A stretch of DNA of 64,000 nucleotides from an uncultured bacterium (GTDB lineage Bacteria > Armatimonadota > Hebobacteria > CAIYQO01). Positions 36,601 to 43,405 of the stretch are shown one piece after another. The stretch's first letter is position 1; every line of letters begins with the position of its first letter. Where the stretch lies: the NCBI GenBank assembly GCA_964638715.1, contig CAZWZF010000020.1:6653-70652 (forward strand), written 5' to 3'. Under the pieces are notes generated by a model. It made no database searches and was not told the origin of the DNA. It saw only the letters and a program-made list of their open reading frames with translations. Made by a program: the position numbers and the translations under genes.

Positions 36601-37643
36601 AAAAATATAAATTCCACTATATCGTACTTGACGAAGCACAGGTGGTAAAAAATGGCGTATCACAATCTGCCCGCGCCGCGCGACTGCTGCACTGCGAACA
36701 TCGACTGGCGTTAACCGGCACACCGGTAGAAAACTCTACCGAAGAATTATGGTCGCTCTTCGCCTTTCTCAATCCCGGGCAATTGGGCACTCAAAACGCA
36801 TTTCGCGATCAATTCGCCATTCCCATCCAACGTTATCAGGATGAAAAAGCGGCACAAATGCTGCGCGCGCTGGTACGCCCATTCATCCTGCGCCGAACCA
36901 AAGAACAGGTCGCGCCGGAATTGCCACCCCGCACAGAACGGCTTATTTTCTGCGAAATGTCAGCGGGTCAAAAGAAGATGTATGACCAAACCCGGGATAA
37001 ATACCGGGCAGAACTGATGGGATTAATTAAGAAAAGCGGCGTACAGCAGGCAAAACTGAAAGTATTGGAAGGCTTATTGCGGCTGCGGCAAATAGCGAAT
37101 GACCCGCGTCTGGTAGATAAAAGCTATGTCGGAGAATCATCAAAGTTCGAGGCTATTCTGGAAGCGATGGAAATACTGCGGGAAGAAGGGCATAAAGCAC
37201 TGATTTTCTCGCAATTCACCAGCATGCTAAAACTGCTGCGGACATCGATGGACGAACGCAAATGGCCATATTTATACCTGGATGGCAAAACGAAAAACCG
37301 CCAGGAAATGGTAGATAATTTTCAGACAGACGAAAATATCCCCTTCTTTCTCATTAGCCTTAAAGCAGGCGGAACCGGCCTGAACCTGACTGCCGCCGAC
37401 TACGTAATACATATTGACCCCTGGTGGAACCCGGCAGTAGAACGCCAGGCAACCGACCGAACCCACCGCATAGGACAGGAACGACCGGTAATGGTATACA
37501 AATTCATCGCCGAAGATACCGTGGAAAAGAAAATACTACTGCTGCAGGAAAAGAAACAAGCCCTGGTAAACCAGATAATCTCAACAGAAGCCGGCCTGAT
37601 GAAGTCGCTAACCCCAGACGACATCGCGGCGTTGTTTATGTGA
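33633..37643 (+). CDS. SNF2-family helicase with two SWIM zinc fingers and a long central region (1336 aa)
   Basis: Two SWIM zinc fingers are present: CTCPYEGDICKHIVAVLL at about aa 170 and CTCSGSRGYGSYNTCVHQVAAVF at about aa 325. The C-terminal about 480 aa is a SNF2 ATPase (LADDMGIGKTVQ, DEAQVVKN, TGTPVEN, helicase-C block LISLKAGGTGLNLTAADYVIHIDPWWNPA...QATDRTHRIGQ). Confidence 0.85.
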   Translation: MASLNINDIVVINKGTLDPDLGIDIGGWQGKITEFEVENDEQFACVELDDFTILNMADWIIKFCDEERMDMALLRVAVVNLTPAKPDEIKAHILQKAAELGSQFHDLTLEDVKLLADSNTIFKRGKDYYNSGAILHYIISNGKITAHVEGSYSNYIVHAAEGPRDIKTNCTCPYEGDICKHIVAVLLKTVNEIAKSKQLSFAELMKNGPVLISKTPNINEVNNAISTVQTRHQQTTSANDEIEIATPEPIEEIVPEIQSHLLDIFRKAKSLTPLFTRVNHRAHPMGKELFHKKAAVLNHITNTAAEFDVIEDEKLLYRVKIVNDTDSLSATKMYCTCSGSRGYGSYNTCVHQVAAVFALHKLATDNISLEQQKADTASIWESKLSNLIEGTKAVKKHPSTAAILAFCLKTNISTEKWNLKAYTIATSHFDEDILNDRAALQNAISTTFNYQTAKEISQYSAIPTNLIYGSPELNTLARLVSQANFYHTGNPLEFLLPQLRNALVFHGEPDYYGNPFLQPIIEVDPEPRKLLLNIEQDEVNIYIQPAIIDDGIEYTLTQEDTSIVNNSPLWILAKNKLLLIDGNYELLRRLLETRTITIPVEGKKRFITNYLPKLIDRAEVSGDAIANKIELSVKPVNRVYLTEDEKSIVAELSFGYNNLEIPADTSWPEKSLQYDEDRNILVTVTRNKEIEMESWRMMSEFGLKRDGERFILRQKVSPVDFLLRHLPKMQESGFEVFGEETLKNNRVNRNQPRMRMSVSSGIDWFDVTTVVSYGDIEVSLLEIRKALKHRQGYVKLPDGSMGLLPDELLAQYRMIFAMGQETEQGVRMSRTQASLLELTLRNTDVVTDEEYTKRVEQLKNFTHIENRQLPANFTGELRHYQQEGFNWLYFLHDYGFGGCLADDMGIGKTVQALVFLQSLFATGHTKSASLIVMPRSLLENWARESARFTPDLKVLIHADNDRSDSHTSFDGYQLVLTTYGIMLRDIELFKKYKFHYIVLDEAQVVKNGVSQSARAARLLHCEHRLALTGTPVENSTEELWSLFAFLNPGQLGTQNAFRDQFAIPIQRYQDEKAAQMLRALVRPFILRRTKEQVAPELPPRTERLIFCEMSAGQKKMYDQTRDKYRAELMGLIKKSGVQQAKLKVLEGLLRLRQIANDPRLVDKSYVGESSKFEAILEAMEILREEGHKALIFSQFTSMLKLLRTSMDERKWPYLYLDGKTKNRQEMVDNFQTDENIPFFLISLKAGGTGLNLTAADYVIHIDPWWNPAVERQATDRTHRIGQERPVMVYKFIAEDTVEKKILLLQEKKQALVNQIISTEAGLMKSLTPDDIAALFM

Positions 37644-37713
37644 AGACATTCATAAATGATTAAAACAACCCACATATTTAATCACAAAAACCTAATTCCT
37701 ATTAAATTAATTC

Positions 37714-37747
37714 GATAGCCCACAGCAACGCTGTGGGTCTGATTTAG
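37714..37747. repeat. REP-like palindromic unit ATAGCCCACAGCAACGCTGTGGG (left boundary of the R-M/accessory island)
   Basis: gatagcccacagcaacgctgtgggtctgattt has an 8-bp stem (cccacagc/gctgtggg). Related copies lie in inverted orientation at about 46216-46257 and about 11609-11650 (shared aattccatagccca). Confidence 0.45.
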
Positions 37748-37784
37748 ATAGATTATTTACGCTCTGTAGGAGCATAATTCCTCA

Positions 37785-39248
37785 TTACTTCACATTTGAT
37801 GCAGATGGTTTGTTATCTGCACGAGCATCAATAAGAATGATATCAGGATCATTATCTATTTCAAGTTCACGTAAAATGCTTTTTACACGTTTTTCTTCAT
37901 CTTCGGTGAAAAATACGATAACTTTTAATGATTTATTTGTTTGATTTGCAGTTTCATATACTTTAACCTGGTTTTCAAGGTTTTGTTTTAATTTAGAGTT
38001 TTTTGCTAGTTTAAACTCAACAAGTGATTTATCACGACTACCACGAGAGACTTTAAAATCAACTGGTCCACGACCATTATTAACCTCTCTATTGACATCC
38101 GATGGAGTCGCATACCATGTTAGTCGATAAAGGATTTGTAAATCTGACTCACGATGTATCGGCTCATCTCCTTTATCGAAAAGTCGATAACCATCATTGT
38201 GCTCAATAACTTGTTTTAAATAAAAAACTCGTTCTCGTGCTTCATCAAGAGTATCACCATGAATTTTATAAAAATCGGTATTTGATAAGATTTGTTCAAC
38301 AAACGTTTTCACCTGTGTAATAAATTGTTGTTCTGTTTCAGCAACATATTCATTACTAACATTTGCAGCTTCTTCACCATTATCTTCTTTATTACGAATA
38401 TAATAATCTATAATAGCAGGAAACCTTTGTATTGTGTTAAACCATGCAAACTCTTTATCTTTATTTTTTGATTTTTTAGATAATTGAGAGCGAAAATGAT
38501 AATCAATTTGACCTCGAAGTTGCTCATCTGGAATTGACGGTGGTATCTCATAATATCCTTTCTGTAATTCACAACGACTAATCCATGTTTCATGTCGAGT
38601 CAACATATCTTTTGGTGTCAAGATCACATAGTTTTTCCCATCAATTGTTGGTAAATAAAAAATATCTGTTTTCCAAATATTTTTATCATAGTCAAATCTT
38701 ACTTTATCTATACTGAACAATTGACAATATGATTTATCGATAAACTCACTGGCAAAATTTTGTGTGTAATTAAGTAAATATTCTTTTATTAAATTAACTG
38801 TGAAATCACTGATATTGTCGCGACCAACACCATTATCAATAAGACAAAGTTTTTCAAGGTGACTACCTTTAGTGATTTGTTCTTGTCCAAATGAAATGAA
38901 TTCATTGCGGAGATTTTGATATAATGAATATGCAAAATCTTTACCTAAACCAGAACCATTGTTTCCTACTGTAGAATATCCAAGCCAATTTTCCTTTACT
39001 TCTTTAAATGTAAACCACCGAAATAATAGTCCGTCAGAAATCGAATCAGAAACAGCTACATCGCGAAGAAATTGGAGATATCGAATTATCCCATCATGTA
39101 AATCCTGGTATTCCTGTTTTGAACTGCCAAATAATAAGAATGGGTCAATAAATAGCGGTAAATCATTAACCAATGATATATCAAAAGCACCATATTTTTC
39201 AAGAATATCTGGATCAACTTCAAAAAAATCTGAAAAGTAAATTAACAT
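37785..39248 (-). CDS. Hypothetical protein with a C-terminal PD-(D/E)xK nuclease-like motif
   Basis: 487 aa in AT-rich DNA. The C-terminal region reads ...HRESD(369)...GRGPVD(397)FKVSRGSRDKSLVE(411)FK(413)LAK, matching E/D...PD...(D/E)xK with 14-aa spacing. The N-terminal 350 aa has no recognisable motifs. Confidence 0.55.
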   Translation of the reverse strand: MLIYFSDFFEVDPDILEKYGAFDISLVNDLPLFIDPFLLFGSSKQEYQDLHDGIIRYLQFLRDVAVSDSISDGLLFRWFTFKEVKENWLGYSTVGNNGSGLGKDFAYSLYQNLRNEFISFGQEQITKGSHLEKLCLIDNGVGRDNISDFTVNLIKEYLLNYTQNFASEFIDKSYCQLFSIDKVRFDYDKNIWKTDIFYLPTIDGKNYVILTPKDMLTRHETWISRCELQKGYYEIPPSIPDEQLRGQIDYHFRSQLSKKSKNKDKEFAWFNTIQRFPAIIDYYIRNKEDNGEEAANVSNEYVAETEQQFITQVKTFVEQILSNTDFYKIHGDTLDEARERVFYLKQVIEHNDGYRLFDKGDEPIHRESDLQILYRLTWYATPSDVNREVNNGRGPVDFKVSRGSRDKSLVEFKLAKNSKLKQNLENQVKVYETANQTNKSLKVIVFFTEDEEKRVKSILRELEIDNDPDIILIDARADNKPSASNVK

Positions 39249-39306
39249 TATTTCTCCTAATTATGGGAACGATTAGTAAATATTTATTATGATTAATCAT
39301 CATTTC

Positions 39307-39906
39307 TCACACCTTCATTTTTTGCCATAAATAAACTTCAATATCTTTAATTGCATTTTTGAACTCTATAGAAAAGGCATCTTCATCTGATATATAAAAT
39401 AATATATTTGGTGGATTTTCATGAAGTAACTTTAAAATATCATCAGTTTTCTTTACTGAAAGTATCTTTAGGATTTGTACATACATCTTTTTAAATAACA
39501 TTTCAAATTTCTCAAATTTATTTATTACTTCATCTCCCCATAATACTTCAACTTCATTTTTTATCACATCATATTCAGCAACACATTGCATTACTTTATC
39601 CCAGCGTAAATTGTATACAGCTTTATAAACTTCAGCATCATTTATTTTATTATTATTCTCTATACCATATGTATTCAATGCATTAATTACTTCTACTCCT
39701 ATTAATGGATGTTGTCTTGTATTATAAATCGCATTTCTCACTTTATATACCGCAGCTAACATTTTAAGTGATAATTCATAAGATTTATTTCCTTTTAATT
39801 GTTTTCTCCATGTTTGAAGTCCTAACCAAGCAATAATAACAGCAAATAATGGAGCAACAACAGCAATAACATCTCTAATTATCGGCATAATATTATTATA
39901 TGACAT
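39307..39906 (-). CDS. Hypothetical single-TM protein translationally coupled to hsdS
   Basis: 199 aa with an N-terminal TM (IIRDVIAVVAPLFAVIIAWLGLQTW). Its ATG begins 2 nt after the hsdS stop (TAAAAATG). It is AT-rich, unlike hsdM and hsdR. Confidence 0.5.
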   Translation of the reverse strand: MSYNNIMPIIRDVIAVVAPLFAVIIAWLGLQTWRKQLKGNKSYELSLKMLAAVYKVRNAIYNTRQHPLIGVEVINALNTYGIENNNKINDAEVYKAVYNLRWDKVMQCVAEYDVIKNEVEVLWGDEVINKFEKFEMLFKKMYVQILKILSVKKTDDILKLLHENPPNILFYISDEDAFSIEFKNAIKDIEVYLWQKMKV

Positions 39907-39908
39907 TT

Positions 39909-41339
39909 TTATTTCCTCTTTTTACCAACCGTTACCACTTTCTTCTCCGCCTTTATCCTCCCCAACAATACCTTCGCCGGTTCGTCGTTCGGGTCTTGTG
40001 GTACCAGTTCACCGCGAAAGGCTTTGGCGAGGATGGATTGCGTGAGTCGGTCAACATGGGTTTTTGCCTGTTTGTAACGCGCTTCTACCTGGTCGGAAAA
40101 GGCGAATAAAGTTGTGACACGACGAACTATTTCTTGTTGTTCTTCAATTGGTGGAAGATTAACTTGTAATTCACGAACACGTTGACAATTGAGAGCCTGT
40201 GGTCCTGACCCATTACCTTCTTCACGATTCAATTCATAGCGATGTTGGAACCAATACCAAAGATACTCAGAATTAATAATATCAAATTGTGGAATTATTG
40301 CAGCAATATTTTGATTAATTGTCGCATCTATTTTCAAGATAGCAGTTTGACCACGAGTCTTACCCTCACCAATCATCGCTAATAATACTGTTCCTTTTGG
40401 AAGAATGTGAACTGAAGTTTTTTGATATCCAATTTCAGTAATTTGCTCTCGGGTATTAGTAATTTCATTGTTACGTACTTCACCTGAACTGACCCACGGT
40501 ATTGAACCACCCCAATATGTTAAATCTTTTCGGGATGGCGTACTACCATTACTGACTATTCCTATATGCCCAATATTACAACATAACCATGACATAGGTA
40601 ATTCTTTTTCTATATAACTATCAATATTAAGTGGATAATTGTTAACAAATTCATTAATAACTTTCAGTTCTCGTCCAGATAATGCATCATTTGAAAACCA
40701 TAATTTGCTTACTTTTAATAAAAGTTCAGAGGCATCCTCTTTTTCCCCAACTTCTTCTCTCCAATCCTCAGTCAACCTTCCAGAACACGCGGCGACAAGG
40801 ACGGACTGACGAAAACGTTTCAGGATGGTTGGCACTTTATCTATTTGGGCGCGACAGGCATCCACCCGCGCAAGTAGTTGCTCAAGTTTTGCGACTATTC
40901 TGTGTTGTTCTGGAAGAGGAGCTAAAGGAACATCAAGATTCCAAAACAATTCTGGATCAACATGTGGTATACCTGTACCCCGAGTATTTGAATTGATAGT
41001 ATCAAATTGTGATGTCAAGAAAAATCGTAAATAATCAGTATCAACTTCCTTTGGTGTCAATGCCATTATTGTAGACCCTATTGCACCCACTTGTCCTTTC
41101 CCGATCCAACCACTTCTTGCACCGTCCCAAACAACATAAATATCATTCTCATCAGTTAATCGTGATGATGATATCTCTGCATATTGCCTTGCAACACCTT
41201 TCTCAATAGCAAATATGTCAAGATAAGGAACGAAACCTTCTACAATCGTATCACGTTGTTGTTTAGGTTTTTTACCTTTCTTTTTTATGACAATTTCATC
41301 AAGACGAGTGGAAACCCACCCCTTCGGCAATTCACTCAT
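39909..41339 (-). CDS. hsdS: Type I restriction-modification system specificity subunit HsdS
   Basis: Two target-recognition domains separated by conserved repeats (LPPLPEQHRIVAKLEQLLARVDA... and LPPIEEQQEIVRRV...LTQSILAKAFRGELVPQDPNDEPA). The start was moved to the internal ATG (MSELPKGWVS) that overlaps the hsdM stop by 8 nt. The track ORF extends 135 nt into hsdM. Confidence 0.9.
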   Translation of the reverse strand: MSELPKGWVSTRLDEIVIKKKGKKPKQQRDTIVEGFVPYLDIFAIEKGVARQYAEISSSRLTDENDIYVVWDGARSGWIGKGQVGAIGSTIMALTPKEVDTDYLRFFLTSQFDTINSNTRGTGIPHVDPELFWNLDVPLAPLPEQHRIVAKLEQLLARVDACRAQIDKVPTILKRFRQSVLVAACSGRLTEDWREEVGEKEDASELLLKVSKLWFSNDALSGRELKVINEFVNNYPLNIDSYIEKELPMSWLCCNIGHIGIVSNGSTPSRKDLTYWGGSIPWVSSGEVRNNEITNTREQITEIGYQKTSVHILPKGTVLLAMIGEGKTRGQTAILKIDATINQNIAAIIPQFDIINSEYLWYWFQHRYELNREEGNGSGPQALNCQRVRELQVNLPPIEEQQEIVRRVTTLFAFSDQVEARYKQAKTHVDRLTQSILAKAFRGELVPQDPNDEPAKVLLGRIKAEKKVVTVGKKRK

Positions 41340-42750
41340 CAAAACTTCCCCCGTTGGAGTCGATAAGCAGCAATATCTCCTGCAAATCAATAACGGCGGC
41401 TTCCAATGCGGTGATGGCTTCGGCAGCCAGGTCTTGCGGTTCCGGCAAGGTGTCGGGGTCGTCGAGGGAGTCATCTTTCAGCCAGGTTATATCGAGTTTG
41501 TAATCCCGCGCCTTGATGTCGCTGATATGGAAACGGCGAAAACGGCATTCCTCGCCAAGGTCGGATCGCGGACTGGTACCGTTGGGGTTTGCGCCGTAAA
41601 CAGCCTCGAAATCGTCAAAATGCGCGGCAATTAACGGACGGTCTTTCTTGGTAATTCCAGGCACATTGCTGCGGGCATCGTAAATCCAGGTGTATTCGGT
41701 AGGCATCCCCTTTTGAAAGAAGATAACATTTGCCTTTACCCCCTGGCTGTATGGGGTAAAGGTGCCGCGCGGCAGCCGCAATACCGTATGCAGGTTGCAG
41801 TCCTGCATCAGCAATTCAAATACTTCACCCGCCTTGCCTTCAAACAGGCAGTTGTCCGGCAGCACCATTGCCGCCCGCCCGCCAGGTTTAAGGGTAGTCA
41901 CAACATGCTGGATAAAGTTCAACTGTTTATTGCTTGTCTCAATTGTAAAATCATCCCGCGCCGGCGCCTGATTCGCTCCCTTGGTACCAAAAGGCGGGTT
42001 GGTGAGAATGCAATCAAAACGTTCTGGGCCAGCCGGTTCGTAAATGGTATCGCCGAGTTTTATATGCGGTTCCACGCCATGCAGGTAAAGATTCATCAAC
42101 GCCAGCCGCCGGGGACGATGCACCAAATCCTGACCATAATAGGTTTCAAACTTTATATGACCGGCAATCTTTCTGTCCATTACTCCGCCGGTAATTTCTT
42201 TCAACCATTCATAAGCACAAACCAGAAAACCGCCGGTACCGCACGCCGGGTCGCAAATGGTGAAGCCGGGTGATACGCGCGGGTCGGGCTTCATTACTCG
42301 TACAATAGACTGAATCAATACCCGCGGGGTGAAATATTGCCCTGCTCCCTTTTTCCCCTCGCTGGCTGCCCTCTCCAGCAATCCCTCAAACGCCTGCCCC
42401 TTCACGTCAACATCCATGGCCGACCATTCTTCCTCGTCTATCATGGCTATAACGCGTTTCAGGTTAACCGGGTTGTTAAACCGCGGCATAGACTGGGCAA
42501 ATATATCGCCAAGTATCCCCGGTTCATCGCGCAATACCCGCAATGAATCGCCAAAATGGTCCATCAACTCCTGTCCCGACTTGCCGCAAAGCGTCTCCCA
42601 GTCATACCCGTCAGGAAGTTCCACATTACGTTCATGCGCCATCTTTAAAAACAGCAGGTAAGTAAGCTGCTCAATATAATCGCCATAATCAATGCCATCA
42701 TGCCGCAGCGTATGGCAAAATCCCCAAAGTTTATTTACAATGTCAGACAT
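41332..42750 (-). CDS. hsdM: Type I restriction-modification system DNA methyltransferase subunit HsdM (N6-adenine)
   Basis: N-terminal HsdM_N helix bundle, AdoMet motif I (DPACGTGGFL) and catalytic motif IV NPPFG in ILTNPPFGTKG. Confidence 0.9.
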   Translation of the reverse strand: MSDIVNKLWGFCHTLRHDGIDYGDYIEQLTYLLFLKMAHERNVELPDGYDWETLCGKSGQELMDHFGDSLRVLRDEPGILGDIFAQSMPRFNNPVNLKRVIAMIDEEEWSAMDVDVKGQAFEGLLERAASEGKKGAGQYFTPRVLIQSIVRVMKPDPRVSPGFTICDPACGTGGFLVCAYEWLKEITGGVMDRKIAGHIKFETYYGQDLVHRPRRLALMNLYLHGVEPHIKLGDTIYEPAGPERFDCILTNPPFGTKGANQAPARDDFTIETSNKQLNFIQHVVTTLKPGGRAAMVLPDNCLFEGKAGEVFELLMQDCNLHTVLRLPRGTFTPYSQGVKANVIFFQKGMPTEYTWIYDARSNVPGITKKDRPLIAAHFDDFEAVYGANPNGTSPRSDLGEECRFRRFHISDIKARDYKLDITWLKDDSLDDPDTLPEPQDLAAEAITALEAAVIDLQEILLLIDSNGGSFDE

Positions 42751-42868
42751 ATAATGTTTTCCTATATATTTGCGAATGATAACAACAACAATTCAATATT
42801 CCCCATGGAATTAATGTTAATTTAAAAAATTACAATAAAACTATTGATTTTAATATTTATAAATAATA

Positions 42869-43387
42869 TCAAACCTGACCAGTAATTTTTATAAACGTAT
42901 TAAATAGTGCTATTTTTGTTTTATTTTTTGTATCATATGTACAACTGCTAAACACTGTATCTCCTAATGACTTCATGCCATATTTAGGATAAGCAATGCT
43001 AAAACTCCATCTGCTGTTTTTTGGAAATACAGTTAGTGTGTAATCATCTATAACTAAATAATCATTCCCTTTAGCAGACATTTTCCAAACACGATTTAGC
43101 CACCGTTTACGTCTATTGGCAATATTTCTAAGTGCTCTTTCCCTATTTTCTGCATCAACATAATCATCAGACATTTTTTGAGCGCATACACTACCTACTC
43201 CTATCACATCAGGATAATCTTCATGTTTCATGTAATGAATATATCTTAGACCCTCATTTTCACACATCTCGCAAAATTGATAAGGAATAGCTTCTCCTTC
43301 TTCTAAATTTTCTCCAAGATCATGAACATCAACACACTCCCAACCCTTATGAGGTATATTAGGTTTATCCCATAATCCACTCATCAT
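42869..43387 (-). CDS. Hypothetical Cys/His-rich protein embedded between hsdR and hsdM
   Basis: 172 aa, AT-rich, with WECVDVH...FCEMCENEGLRYIHYMKHEDYPD...SVCAQKM (CxxC...HxxxH...C). It lies 18 nt downstream of hsdR and 118 nt upstream of hsdM on the same strand. No family recognised. It is possibly a zinc-ribbon/HNH-like fold. Confidence 0.5.
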   Translation of the reverse strand: MMSGLWDKPNIPHKGWECVDVHDLGENLEEGEAIPYQFCEMCENEGLRYIHYMKHEDYPDVIGVGSVCAQKMSDDYVDAENRERALRNIANRRKRWLNRVWKMSAKGNDYLVIDDYTLTVFPKNSRWSFSIAYPKYGMKSLGDTVFSSCTYDTKNKTKIALFNTFIKITGQV

Positions 43388-43405
43388 TTACCTCCATTAT
43401 TCTTT

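Noticed and set aside
39909-41474. Track start of hsdS at 41474 (142-nt overlap with hsdM)
   Set aside because: The first 45 codons (MTPSTTPTPCRNRKTW...) lie antisense-frame inside hsdM and are Pro/Arg-rich. The internal ATG (MSELPKGWVS) gives the canonical 8-nt hsdM/hsdS overlap and a normal HsdS N-terminus.
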